Below, in pieces: positions 43,601-58,600 of a stretch of DNA of 64,000 nt; within the stretch, counting starts at the first letter, position 1; each line of letters starts with the position of its first letter. This DNA is from Pocillopora damicornis (taxonomy: Eukaryota): the NCBI RefSeq assembly GCF_003704095.1, contig NW_020844892.1, forward strand, positions 186,001 through 250,000, in the 5' to 3' direction. Made by a program: the position numbers and the translations under genes. The notes under the pieces are model-generated. The model was given only the letters and a program-made list of their open reading frames with translations. It made no database searches and was not told the origin of the DNA.

Positions 43601-46600
43601 GACGGAAATTGCCAAAAAGAATTTGACTGACTGACAGTGAGTACAGTAGTAATTAAAAAGTTTTTTTTCCATTTAACTCTTAAAAAAAAATTGGGCGCTT
43701 CCTTACTTTAAGCTGCCTCTCCAAGAACCCAATCTTCTCGTTAAGCGCGTCTATTTCACCACTATTGATCAAAGCGGCCCGGTTAAGTACAAATCCCCGA
43801 GGAGGAATGATTCCATCCTCCTCATCACGTAACCTCTGGGGCTGCATCGACGAAGTCACATTTGAATTTGCATATGAGACCACTGGTTGGTTTAATGGTC
43901 CTAGTTCACGCTTCGGCAAAAGGAGTCTTCTTGGTCCTGGAAGTACCCGAAGAGGAGCCTTGGTTTTAGAGTCATCAGGTTTTATAGATCCTAAACTTGT
44001 GGGCCGCCTTCCAGATGAGTCGGTTAACGACGTAGGCTCCTCGATCGGATAGATTCCACCCAGCTCGCTAGGGTCTGATTCAAGGACCAACGTAGTTTCC
44101 TCCACAAGCAAAGGAGATTCCATTCGGGAAGAAGATTGCGACACCTCAGAGGTGGGTTTATTTTCTGAGTGAAGGCGCTGTCGAGATGAAGCCCGGAGAG
44201 TAGCTGCATCTCTAGGTGGAGAAGAGTCACTATTCAACAACACTTCCAGTCCATGAAGGACGGGAGGCGGAGACTCCGTGAAATCTGGTGGTGGTTCAGA
44301 CGGGAGGGGTGGTGGAGAGGATTCAGGGAGGGGAGGGAGATCTCCCTCATCGTCTGAACCAAAGGTGACAAGATCACCTAATTCTGGTCTGTCTCTACTA
44401 CCTTCCTCTAGAGGAACTGAATCCTTCTCTTCTATATAACGAAGATCTTGAATACGTTGGTCGATAATATCCATTTGGGTGTCCAGATTCCTTTGGGAAA
44501 CCATAAGCTCTGGTTCAGAAATGAGGTCATCAGAGTCGACAGAACTTTCGTTATGACTGGGCATTGTATTTTCAAAGTCTCTTATTAGCGCTGAATAGTC
44601 CATTGGATCATCTTTCCCACTGAAAACTGCACCTTTCTTGTAACGACTTTGAGTTGATGGCTCAAACTCTAAACGACTGTCGCCAAGGTAGCGTATTTCA
44701 GTGGCAACAGTTGAGCGGACCTGAGGTGCAATGGTCTCCTCAATATCGCCTGGTATCGAACTAAGCACGTATTGAGAGTGTTTGAGACTCCTGGCTGCTA
44801 TGTCCTTAGAGGACTCCACACAATCGGTCTGTGTTTCCTCGTTTAATCTCTCAGTGTTTTGCCTGTCCTGGGAACAGAAAGGAGAACTGTATCAAATACT
44901 GCAATTAAGTCATAGGTGCCCACTTTCCTCATTACAATCCCTAGTATCCCTTTGTTGTTTAACAATTTTTATGGTATCTCACATGAACAGTGGCACAAAA
45001 ATATCATAGGATGTTTTTCCCCGGACATTACTTGGTCTGTTGAGCGATTAGTTATTCCGGCAAGAGCAAGCCCGAGGAAAACTGAGGGCTTCGAGGAACA
45101 GATAATGGTCGAGGAAAATATCTGAGCATATTTTATCTCCTAACAGAGTGCAAAACTTGCGTATAGTGGCCTTTAAATAAGTTTTTGCAGGGAAGGGGAC
45201 AACATTTACCAACGTACTCAGTTTGATTCGCAGCTCCGGTTTAATCAGCAGAAACACAACAAAAATGAACTCTTTAAAGCAACCTGGGTAGAGAGTCTGC
45301 ACTAGCACAAGGTTTGCTTCTAGGTTGACCCCAGTTAGTATTTCATATGCCCAAAATTCTGTGGACATGGGCTTTAAGGTGAAAAAAAATTAAAATGTCC
45401 AGTGTGATGGATCGGTGGTAGGTTATGAACGAAAAACAAACTAAAAGAAAACCAACAAATCAAACAAATAAACCAACAAAAAGCCAGAAAACGAAAACAT
45501 AATAAAAAGCATGGTTATTAAAAAAAAAAAAAAATCAAGTGCAACTAGAGATTAGCTTAAAGGCCTCCATTAATATGGAAAAAAAAAGAAATTTTTAATC
45601 TCTCGGGTCCCAACAGGAGATTACCAAAAAGTGAAAAATGATCCAGCAATGGCCCTACAGCTAACCCAAGTTGATACTTTCTCTCAAATCACGAATTTTG
45701 GTTGTTTTTTAATGGTATACCAGTACTCCGTCATACTGGACGTGACTTTTTCTCGGTGTCCTCAAGTTTTCAGTCGGTAGAAGGGCTGGTTTGGGTCAGT
45801 CTTAAGGCAAACCGAACTCTATATAGTTAATGTAATAAGAACTCTTTACGGTATCTAACCCAAGCCAGTGTTGTAAGACTTTATAATGAAGATCAGTACC
45901 AGGTAAATATATCCAGTGTTACATTATAGAGCGCGAACGTCTTCTGTCACCTTTTTGCATTTCCATATTTTAACAGATTTGTTCAAGAAATTGTAATAAT
46001 AGAAAACGAATGAGCCGTTCGACCCGGTTTTTTTTTTTTAAAGAAAACGGGCACCAACATTTTAGATAATGACATATAGGAAACTTCTCGAATTATCATT
46101 ATTACAATAAGGACCTATACTACTCCTTGCATTGCATGTACAGTCTGGTAAAATTGCTCATTTAATACGTTTGACATTCTATAATTTGTATGAGCTTTGT
46201 TCACAGAGTATTCAAGTGTTTGCGAAGTTCTCATACAGAGATATCCTTTCTCATGGTTCTAGGATCGGCTTTACAGAGTATTGCTTTTTATAACTGCTTC
46301 TAAACAATAACCAGCCTACATGAAGTTGAATGTAAAATGAACTCAGCGTTTGTTTGGCTTGGGTGTTCTGTTCAAATATACTTGTGTTTATGTCATATAA
46401 GAACGGTGATCGCTCATCTTCATTCTTCATGAGTATGTGATTTCAGAATAAACAGAACAAGATAGGGAAGAAAGCAACATCCAACAGAATACCACTACAA
46501 AGTAGGAAACCTTTCTGAGAAAACTTTGCATTTTGATGTTAAGGTTGCACATAAACATGCTGAAGACCTTTGTTAGCTGCAGATCAAGCCCTTGACTTTT

Positions 46601-49600
46601 GAATTATATGAAATCACCAAGTTAAAGAAATATCAGTGGGTCGTAAAAAAATAACAAGAACTGAACAAAAGAAAAGAAACTAAATAAGGAAGAATACCAA
46701 ACCTACTATGTTGTTTCCGCTGTGAAATTTTATGAAATGTTCGGTCGCTTGCAACGCTAGTTTGTGGCTCGAACATTAGCATAATCATCCAGAACTAAAT
46801 TATGCAGGGCAAATTTATTCGCTGTTAGGAATATCAGTAAACAAAGACAATTTTAATCATAACGAAGACTATTGTCCAAGTTTTAAAACAGCTATAGCGG
46901 AAGGAAATACATGTGTACACAACTGATGGGAGGTCGTTCTGGACAATGAATAATACCACTGCGGGTGTAATCATCGAACAAAAACAGTTTGGGAATTGAA
47001 AGGAATACTTCTGAAAATTTACAAACATGGATGTTATTACCTATCCTGTGTGGCTGACTGTTTTGTCAGATTTTTTGGAATCGGAGCGGCTAAAATAAGC
47101 GATGAAGCCGCTGGAAGAATGGGACCCGCTACCCTCATATTCACCAAGTGCAAGAAAACCGTCCGTTACGTGGGATAGTTATTATTAGACTTTGACGACG
47201 AATGTAGACGAAAATTTATGAGACATTTCATTGCCGCACGTAAATAAGCCTATTTATCAGCGGTCTTGAAATGCTCTGTTTGTGGGATCGATCTTTAACT
47301 ATTAAATCAGAGACAGCTTATAAAACACACTTCAGGTGCAACCAAAGCAGCAAGACGAGAGCGTTCCAGGTCAGTTCCAGTCTTTCGCTAAGGCTTGTGA
47401 TCGGGTGAGCAACACCATTTCACGCACGCCTACTTTTTCGCTAGTTTCCACTAACTCAGAGAATTTCACAAAAGCTCACGGAAGAACCGTCGTCACAAAA
47501 AGCCTTTTTCTCTCTCGAAGTATTTACAACAATGTAATAACAAAATAACTAGTAGCTCATAAAAATATTGATAGCAGTTATCATAGGGAATTATTATCCT
47601 GACTTGTGAACTGAGCACATCCATAGGAGTGCTTAACGCGCGCAGAGAAACTGAGAAACTGGAGCGCAAACGTTTTTTTTAGACGCTACAGGTAGAGCAG
47701 ATCTTTGGTCTACAGGCCCAAACACTCACATTACAGCCAATGGTTGATGCGAGGGTGCGTAAAAGCAACGGCAGGGGAAATGTTGGCATTTCATAATTAC
47801 CTGTATTNNNNNNNNNNGGGCGGGGGGAATGGGGGAATATTAGAACATTCAAAACTCCTACCTGAACTGTTCTCCTTAGTTCTTTAAGTTCTTCGCAAAG
47901 TCTTCTGTTTTCTTGTTTCAAATTTTCAAGCTCCTGAAAAGTGTCATGAACGAAGACGATTACAAAATTGTTACTCTTTAGGTGCATTAAATGCCCACAG
48001 TTTTGCTGCATGTGGTCAATATCTAAAGAAAGCAGGCCATCAAAGACCAGATGAAGCTGGTCCTGTCAATACTTTAGTGACCTGATCATGTTAATACTTC
48101 AGTAACCTGACTTCATCAAAGTCAGGTTAAAAGCCCCGTAATAGTGAACAATCACAGGATAGCACCGACTAACGCAGACGCATTGCAAAGACGTTATTGA
48201 AATTCGTTACATTTTAAATCAAATGACACATGCCCTGTTTAAGGGCAAATTATGTTCAAGTTCTCGAGCAAGATTAATCTTATTCCAGGATACAAAAGTT
48301 CATGTTAAAGGATCGTCTTTGTACTGCAGGTGAGTAATATGGCTTTATTACTGTAGTTTCGTACATTATGCAACATTTTATGACGTTTAGGATAACTTAT
48401 CTCTTTAAGCAGAACAGGAATCTTTATCTATCGACAGTTAATAAATTATGATTTACTTTTGCTATGTTCTCTGGTATGGGTGAGTTGACTTCATTAATTC
48501 CCCCTGGAATGCGTGTTATATGCTGTATGGGTTTGATCACTGAGCACGGTGTGTCACCAACATCTGATTGCTCTGGTCCGTCAGCCTTTTAAAGCAAGGT
48601 ATAGCGGCATTACTTTACGGTTGTCTTATTTTGGTCACTTCCTGAATAATTTCTTAATTCTTTGATAGCCATTATATGATCGTCTCGCAAGGCCTACACA
48701 TTGCATAATAACGAAATTACTTAATGCTGAGAAGAGGGTGAAGACTAAACGATGGTTCACAGGACGACATAGGTATGGCCACAGCGGAGCGTTAGTGTTC
48801 AGTATAAGTATCAAAGAACAGACGTTTCCATAACCATGAGCGTGTAATGAGGGCGCAGCAACACTGGTGAGATAAGAGTAATGCGAGCATGACTGAAATT
48901 TAGAAATTTTACAAGAAAATGATGTCTGAGTTATTCTTTAGTATCTTTAGTTTAAATATTGTCTTTACTGCTAGTTCTGTAGTGACAGCGATCACTAGCT
49001 GAATTCTTCAGATAAATTTTTAAAGTTTTTGTTAACCCCTATATGTATTAAAGTTTACTTTGATGTTCTTTTTATCAATGGCACCTAGCAGCCAAACATT
49101 ACCAACACATTACCTGTTCAAAGTAATGACCCAGATTGTTCAATTCATCACGCGGGGTAGCCATTCCCGACGACACGTGACTTTCAAGGTCACATGACCC
49201 AAGAACACTTTCCACCTCTGATGAAGTCAAACCAAAATCCTGTACTAATAGCAGTCGAACCTAGACAAAATTATTTTTCTTGGTTTTACAAACAGTTGAT
49301 TTTCATCGATTTAAGTTCAAGTACTGAGGTTACTTCTTGTTACCTTTCGGTTGTTTATTTTTTTTATCTTTAGCACATAATGTCTTTATCTTTGGCACCA
49401 AATTTCTAATAAAAGTACTAAGCTTACACTCAACACTTGTAAGTTACAAAAATGTTTAGAAAGCATCGTTGTTGGATGGAAACTTCAATATGGCGGACAG
49501 GTCCTCAAAAAGGGATCAAATGAAAGGGCAAAATAATTGACTGCCACAAGTTTGCATTCATCCCTTCAGAACTTGGTTTGAAAGAAATTTACTCTGGACC

Positions 49601-52600
49601 ACACCTTTCCAAGTTGTTCAGAGGGATCCATATCTGAAGAAACGTCTCGGTCGTTTTTCTACAAAACAAAATAGAGAAAGTAGGAAAAAGAACAGGCTTT
49701 GCAGAATGGAAAGATTAAAAGTGTTTCTACCCCAGCATATTACACATCTGTTCTTTGGCTGGTGAAAAGAACGTGAGGGTGGTTTCTATGTGCGATGTCT
49801 TAAAAATGCAGATTCTGTTCCACATCAAAAGTATCCCAGCTCTATCTCTTTCTAAAACTCTACAAATACTGCAAAGGTTAAATGTTTCTGTGATTCGGCC
49901 CTGTAACACCAGGAAAAGTGTGTAATATTGTTATTTGTGCTTCATTTAGTCTTACTTGAAATACAATCAGATTGCAGACCCTACCTTCTCCGACTGCAAA
50001 ATATCTATTCTTGCTTTCAATGCTGTATTGGATTCGTTCAGTGCTGCAATTGTCTAAGTAAAATGACAAAATTAAAAATCGACATTCAGTCACTGTTAGA
50101 TATCATTAAATGCAAACAAATTGTGCTTTACGAGAAGAAAAATGAAGGTGAGTTAGACTTAACACTGCCTCAGATTTAATTAGTCTGGATCTTGTGTCTC
50201 GTTAGAACTTGCATTCTACTTTCATTGTTTCAACTGCTGAGGCTCTACGAGTTTGCACACTTTCTTTGCTGAAAGAGATTTTATCCAATCTACAAAGAAC
50301 ATGTTAACCCTTTAACTTCCGACATCGCATCAGCAATTGTCCTTACAGTCTGCCATTCCAATTCTTATAATGGTAGTTTGAAGAATTTGGTATTGGATTA
50401 ACTAGTAATCCCCTAGTTTACATTTTTGTTTTTTCTCATCTCTTGTCTGCTTGATAATGTACAGATATTATAAGGAGAAATTCTGTCTTGGTCATTCCTG
50501 GGAGTTAAAGGGTTAACTTTAACATGATTTAATCACTAGAAAGGTGAGGTGGATGCGCCGGGCTCATAATGACTAATGGTATTCTGCTGTTTCCATTTAT
50601 ATGTTTCCATATATCTACCGTAAGCCGAAATGTTCGTGAAAAAAATTAAAGGTTTCGATATACTTTGCATCTTAACATGACATAAGCAGGCTTACAGTAA
50701 AAAGAAGACATGAACATTCACCAAAATGTTAACCGCTAAATATCAAAGCTATGTGATTGAAGAGCTTCAACTGAAAGCACCACGAATTTTAATTGAAAAC
50801 AATTCATTATCAAAGTATCGCGTGATTTTACCTTATCTGCTTCCTTCAGCTGTTCTATCTTTTTCTGAAGAGTCTCGAATTCCTCCTCAGACAAGCCCTT
50901 AGCCTACAAAATGAAAACAAAACCGCGTGTTTTAAAATTCGTTATTTAAAGGATAATACATTAAAAAGAACCACGATAGAGTTCATCTGTGACGTTTACG
51001 ATAAAGGAAAATGTCAAAAACTAAGTGTTGTTCATTGATTTTGTCCCCCCAACCCCTCTTCTTATTCTTAAGGTGGCTGGGTATAGTTTTCTTAAGCTTC
51101 TACCAGCTATATTTTATATCAGAATTCCTCTTTGCAGATGACCGAGTTTTACAAGAAAAATGCAAGGCCAATGTAAACGGCTGAAAGTGATAGGGTTTGC
51201 AATAACCTCTCCATTATTTTACCCAAACTTCACTTCACTACTAGAAGTTATTTCGTACGAGATATTTTGAAATTGAACCCCTGACATTCGTCTTAAGTCA
51301 ATTTCCATTAAAAGTATCTTGACAAGTTTTTTTTAAAAATCAAATTATATATCTCCCATCAGAATACTGTCCCATTAAAATTTGGTCTAAATGAAAATTA
51401 CATTCCAGGCCCCTGTTCCGAGTAAAATTGGAAGAGAGGTAACTTCACATTTGAATCTGATAAAAAACATTCGGTAACCAACACAAATATTCAGAAGAAC
51501 TCAGTTCTCGCTTAACTCTTCAATGGATTGTCTCCTCTTTTGAAAAGGGTTGATGGGGGACATGAGGTAGAAAAGATATGCAACCACATATATAGAGATA
51601 ACAGACCGACATAAAGATCGGTTGCAACTCAAACTAACACACCTTTGTACTGTACAGGCTTTCAATCCTTTCTCTCAGCAAAATGTTTTCGTCTTCAAGT
51701 GTTTTCATGTTCTTGGAAAGGAAATAAAAAATCATCGATATTTGAGAGAAAAAGTTACTATGAACTAAGAAATGTGCGCAAAACCAACATCAAGGTTGAA
51801 AAGAATTATTCTGTTGGGGTGAATTAGTTAAGTCAGTAAAGCAGTCATATTTGACGATCTGGTTACGAACTCAGAAATCTGAGGATATACTCAAAAGAAA
51901 ACTATAAGAAAGTTCCCGTGACTCACAGAAGTCGTGTCTTCCAGAATTTTGATATTTTCTTTTAACACTGAATTTTCCTCTTCGAGTCTTTCAACAACCT
52001 GAAAGATCAAAGCAATATCACAGTCAATGTAGCACACTTGACACTTTTGTAACTTGACGACACTTTACTTAATTACTTAAATCCTGTCACAGCGGATACG
52101 AACTCTCCGTGACAATTTTCCATTCTCAATTAGCGATATCGCAACAACGTCGACATAAACCACAAAAAGAAGATCGTTATAAATTTAATTATCAGTTGGC
52201 TCCTGGCCACAGTCGCGATAACAATAGAATTTTGTGTGTCATATTCTAGTCACCATCCCTTCAAAACTCTCCTGAAAGCACCAGTTTTCTTCTCTAATAG
52301 CCCCACCTCACTAGTGAAGCGTTCCCCACCTGTACTTACCCTTCCCGTAGAATGTTCCAGATCCTGTATCTTGTCCATGAGTTGCTCGTTTTCCAGTCGT
52401 TCTGAAGTCTGAGAATAAATAAGAATGCATTTATTGTATTTATGCTCGAGAGACGCAGGGACGATTCGCTTCAAGGAATTCTATGAAGCTGGAAACTCAT
52501 TTACAATAACCAGAGACTCTTCCAACATCTGTACTTTTTCTGAGAGCTCTTCATTTTAATAATTTTCTTCTTTTTCTCTCTCTTTCCAATTTCCTCCGTT

Positions 52601-55600
52601 ACTTCGAACTGCCCTTTCAAAGCAGCATCTTTACTTCGAACATATGCAATATTCTGAAATTAACAAAAGTCGAAAGTCAAAAAGCGACAGGAGGTAGAAA
52701 TTATTTTTCTGTTCGTGAGCCACAGCTGCAGCGATGAAGAGATTAAGCAGCAAAGAAAACTGTGTTAGTCTTTATTACTTGGACTTTAATTTTTCTGTTG
52801 TTATTCAAACTGTTTTTTTTCTTTCAGTGTGTGAACTGTAGCCGACATCAAACTATGATACTGACTGAAGCATCTTCCAAGAACTGTAATTTATCCTTGA
52901 GCATTTTGTTTTCATCTTTCAGCTTGTGTAGTTTCTGAAACAGAAAAGGTTGATAACAATAAGACTTTTGTCGAAAAAGAAAACGGCTCTTTTTACTTCT
53001 CAACTTCATAATGTTTTTGTATGTAGTGTAAATAATTAGTAATCAATCTAAGAGTATCGTGCACTTACTGCCTTTGCAGAAATCTACGAATCGTTATGTA
53101 CCCAGACAAACCAACCAGTTCATAGAATGACTCGTTATTAAAACAATTTTTTTGCCCCACTGAAAAAGGGTTCCTACCTTGCTTATCCATAACGTGAACA
53201 ATTACACTAAAAATAAAAAATTGCATACATCATTTTGTTCCAGGTCCTCGATCTGCTCTTTTAACAATGTGTTTTCACAGACCACATCATCCTAAAAACA
53301 TGAAAGATGGTCAATTCAAAGAGTGCAAGCGAGTCACACGGACATTCAACTTCTTCACTGCCACTCCTATGGACACACAAGGCGACTGTCAAGTCGCCAT
53401 GACACGTCGGACGTATAGGTCGCGAACTGTTGGGAAACCAGTCCTTGATAATCTGCAATATCAGAAATCACTTACTGCGGATGCCTTGAGAGCCTCGATT
53501 TTTTCGTTGAGAGTTTCGTTCTCCCCCTCAAGTTCTTTCACTCTCTGAAATAAATTAAAGGTAAGTAAGTGGAAACAGACAGGCTGCTGCATTACATTCA
53601 CAAACTCAGTATTGAAGAACTCTAGTTATTTTTTCCACCCCAGGTCGCCTCGATTTCCTCACTCGACTATATCTACAAGCCAAGAAAGCATAGAAAGATC
53701 GCTCTTTCACCTCGGGTTCAGCTGATAGCATTTCTACTTGTTGCTTTAGATAATCATTCTCCCTTTGAAGCTCTTCAGTACCCTGGAAAAATATCAAAGG
53801 GCAAATTTCTATGATTAAAATATTTACTTCTACATTCCACTGACGGTCAGGATAACTACATCTTAATTTTTGCCGAAGATTCAGACAACTGACCCTAACA
53901 ACAGATTGGTCGACAGCAATTCTCTTATTGTCTGGTGTCTTACGTCTAATGTCTCGATGTTATGTCTATAATAGTCTACATGTGGATCTTCAAAACTGAA
54001 AAGTTTGAAAAATTAAGTGGAAGCCTCTTTTCCAGGAATCCTAAATAATGGATTGTGTCCTGGCGACATACGTGTTAACACAAGACCAAAATTGAAGCTC
54101 TTTTCTTACCATAGTTTGTTCAAGAGTTTTTATCTTTTCCCTTAGCTCTTCATTTTCTTCTTTGGTGTTCTTTATCTCTGCATCTGAAATCTAAGCAATT
54201 CTAAAATTAACTAGGGACCACTTAACGTTATCGACTCCAAGTGAACAAGAAATATTCATAATGAGAGTTTGAAATAAAATGTTACCATGGAAGCTTCTTC
54301 AAGAGCTTTGACTTGTTCCCTGAGTTTGTCGTTCTCCTTCTCTACATCCTTCACATCCTAACGGTGAAAGAGACAGCATCAATTAGCTTCATATGTGAAC
54401 GTAACCATGACATCTTGCCCCAAGCATACTCACTGCTAATTCCTCAAGAATTTTCATTTTCTCTTTGATCAATGCATTTTCCTCTTCTCTATCTTCCAAG
54501 GACTACGACAAAATAAACAAAAGCAGGTAATAAATTATAAATATCTATCAATGCCGTTATTATTATTAAGATCGTGATGTCGATGATAGTCACCGCCGAA
54601 GTAGAGGTGCTAGCCAACGACACTGAGGTCAATAGTTGTTTTAGTATATAATTAACCAGTGAGATAATATTAGACAAAAGATGATCTTAACTCATTTATT
54701 CCTACAACTATTACAATATATTCGGGCGCAATTTTCGGGCGCAAATCCCGCGCGAGTTGCTCAGGGGTGAAAAGAAAAGAATAGTCGACATTTGAGAAGC
54801 CAACCAGAGCTCGCTTACGAGGCTATCCACTGATTTAGTACATACAGATGATTGTTATCGCTTTAATCAACAATTAATATTATCATTAAGATCTTTGTCT
54901 TTATCAAAATACTACTTTCATCGTAATCATCACCACCATTATCGTCAACATGTTTATCATCATTACTGTCATTCTTATTATAATTATCATGTCACTACTG
55001 TTGAGATAAAGACAATTGAAGACGATGAGAAAAATAAGAAATGCCTTGGAAATTAAAAAAAATTGTTTAAAAATGCTTCTTTGACTGACGAGGTCTATTT
55101 CTCCAAGTATTTTACCAACTGGAGGCGCAAGTTGTCGTCACATTAAGGTTTTCTCAAGAAAGACGGAGCACAGCTACTGGTTGATTTAAGAAATAACCTC
55201 AACGTTACTTTCTGTGTATTTACCTGGACTTTCTCCTTCAAGAGGGCGCTCTTTTTTTCAAGTTCCTCTGTCTTCTGCAACATAATAAATTTTTACCATA
55301 AGAGTCAAACCAAACAACAAAGAACAGTCCCAAGATCTGTCAGACCTTGATACGATAAGCAATGTAAACTGTAAAGGATAAGATTAACTAACAACAAAGT
55401 TGGTTTCCTTTTTAACCAACTATACCACGCTCAAAGTTTACAGTGCCTTAGTCTAAAGGTTTTAATTAACCGTGCTATAGTTGGTTTAGAGGCATGTGTT
55501 TGTCTCATACTCGTGTTATTTATGTATGTCGTTGAGTGGCAAACCTAATATTTTCAGTAGAGAAATAATCAAGACATTCTATAGACCATTTAATGACTAG

Positions 55601-58600
55601 CAGAGTAACTGAACGCGTAAAAGTGTGACCTAAAGTTGATTCCTGTACCTCTTTCAGTTTCTCCCAGAGATTCCTGTTTTCTTCCTCGAGGTCTTCAGTA
55701 CCCTGTTGGAGCAATGTTTTTAAATGATGCCTTCATTTACCTCCCTAAATAGGCATCTCAGGTCCATGTATGAAAACATTTCGTTATAGTGGTTATACAT
55801 TGATCAATAAACCGACTGACTACCAAATTAACTGACTTTCTGAATACCTATCAAACTGCAGAATGACAAACGGACCAAACAAGTGACAGATTAATTGTCA
55901 GGGCTGACTGACTTACTGACGAACCGACCAACAGAACGGAAACACTGACTGACTGAAAGAATAAATGAATGGATAATGTACAAAAAAATTGAATGAATGA
56001 ACAGAAAAAATAAACGAACGAACAAACAAACAAATAGAATGAACGAATAAACGAATGAATAACTATTTGATTGACTGACTCACCTTTCCGCTTTCCAAAA
56101 TTAACAGATGTTTTCTGAGAAGTTCGTTTTCTTCTTCTAGTTCTTTTAAGCTCTGCAAATTTAAACACATCTACAAATGTCAAACTATTGCAACAAGAAA
56201 AAAAGCAGTGGATTCCAACATGTCATAAAGGATTTCCCACTGTTTCAAATCAACACTCCATAGATCAGGATTGACCCAACCATCGGGACCGAGAGCTTAC
56301 TTGTGATGATTCAGCTATAACGGTTATAAGGGTTCTCTGTTGAAGAAATTTACTCCAAAGTATTTCATTAAAAATAAAAGTGTTCCTCTTGTCCTCAAGC
56401 AAATCCAATATTTTTGGTGAAAAAGCAACTTGCCAATAATTGAACCCCATTTTCGAAAACAAATCTGACATATTTAACAATTATTCCTTGTTTAAACTGT
56501 CCACCATTAATTACCAGAGTATTACAAACAGTCGCGTCCAGAAAGCAAAATCGAGAGATTCTAGCTAATTAGTATGTAGAATGAGATTTTGTGCTTTGAT
56601 TCACAACTTCAAAATATAACTTTATGGTCTTTAACGCCATTTTCCCTCACAATCCAGGTTTTCCGGCGTAAATTTACGGGAGCATATTTGGGAAATGGTA
56701 CATGGTTAAATTTTGTAAGAAACTTCTGGCGTACTTTTGAAATTGCGGTGCGAGTATTTCCATGTTAAGTTCGTACCAAGAATAAAATTGGACTCGTGTA
56801 AGAGCATAATCGAAGTTTTTCCATCATAGGAGCGTCACAGTTGTTCGTACAGCTGAAAACAAATGATCGCTAAAACTTCGCTGAAAGAAAGATACTGTTG
56901 ATTCACAAACAAATACGACCGTGAAAACAAGGATTATCAAGTAATATTTGTATACTATGTGATACCAGTGAGAACAATAATCAAAAAGCCAACCTTGATG
57001 TCTCCTGTATCCTCTATATCGCTGTCATCTATTCCTTGCCTTATGGCCATCAGATTCAGTAACTCTGAATCCTTTCTTTCCTTCAAAAACTTGTCAAACC
57101 GGTTCACAGCACTACTGTCAGGAGGCATGTCCGTCAACACGTCTCTGCCTTCGCCATCCTGGGTGGAATTAATTGCTTCGTCTGTTTGGTTGAAAACGCT
57201 GTCACTTCCATTTTGAGATGATAACAAAGGGTTATCCGCTGTGGAAAAATATTGCAACAATCACACCCAAGAAAAAAAATTATCCGTAGGACTAAGGCTA
57301 TTAAAATATCCAAGCCTTCAAACATAAGCAATTTCTATACGTTTGCTCTCATGCAGGATAGAGATGGTCAAACGAGAAGAGCTGAGTCTGACCTATAATT
57401 ACGACGTGATTCCACCCATGATCACGAAAACAGTGCACCTTTTGCAGGTCTTGCCAGTTTTTATGAAAATTGCATACGCTCGGCTCAGGCAGTGTAGAAG
57501 AGAACCGGAAAACACATAGGCCTGGTTTACAAGCACGAAAATCAACAAAAAGGAAAGCAAACAAACAAACGAAAAAGTTGAATAGCCATACGCATTGGGA
57601 TTTCAAGGATGACATTCATGTTTCACCACCAGGTACAAACAACATTGTTGCTGCATGATGCTTTCATATCGTATCCGTTTGCCAACGTTTGTACCCAAAT
57701 TGGTGAGACAAAAAGGTAACGAGGCCAAACCTGTAGTTGCACACGTTTGAGTGTACAGGTGTTTTTGGGGAATTTCTAACTAAACACTGATGAGGTAAAA
57801 TACACAAAACACAGCCTGTTGAAACCTCATCTTGACTGACGACATATACCAAGTAAAATCCCGACAGAGGAGAGCCTTCTGCAAATAATAGAATAATAAA
57901 ATAATCTCCTTTGCAGCCGATGTTCGGTCGGGGAGACAGCGCGTTGCGTGAGGAGATCAAACAACAGCTGCGAAGGAGACTGCAAGCAAGAAGGCTTTTT
58001 CACCCATCAAGACGTAGCCCTCTGTAACTATAACACTAGACGCACTGTGAGTTTAACGCAAAGTTATTAAAGAGGAAACGTCTGCGATTTACACACTGTA
58101 TACCTTCGGGAAATTCTGACTGCTCGTCTTCTGCAAACTGGACTGGTGGCGGTGAGCTGATGGTGAAAGTGGCCTTTTCAGGAGGAGGTGGCAGTCGGGA
58201 CAATTCTACCGCGAAACTGTTATTAGGTTCGGTAGCCACTTCATCTTGTACAGGATTGGAATCACTGCGATTCTTCACAACTACTTCCACTGGATTAAAG
58301 CCTAAGAAAAATTGGAGAACTCCGTATAACAAATTGGTTTACAGTGAAAAAGCAATTTAGACAAGACATCTCATTTGCAAAAAAGTGAAACTGAGAACTG
58401 GTATATGAAATAGAAGGTGTCGTTAGAACGGGACTCATATTATGTCCTTTGATAAGATCGGCCTGACTTTCAATACAAGTCAAGTTATCAAAGATTCTTA
58501 ACCCCTAAACTCCCATGAGTGACCAAGACAGAATTTCTCCTTACAATATCAATACAATATCAACCAGATAAGTGATGAAAATTAAGAAAAATATCAATTT

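Noticed and set aside
45700-47700. Possible internal promoter or alternative first exons for a short RIMBP-like isoform (donor-like sites near 47040 and 45720)
   Set aside because: Candidate exons contain stops or do not match the phase of the 44867 acceptor. Unsupported without transcript data.
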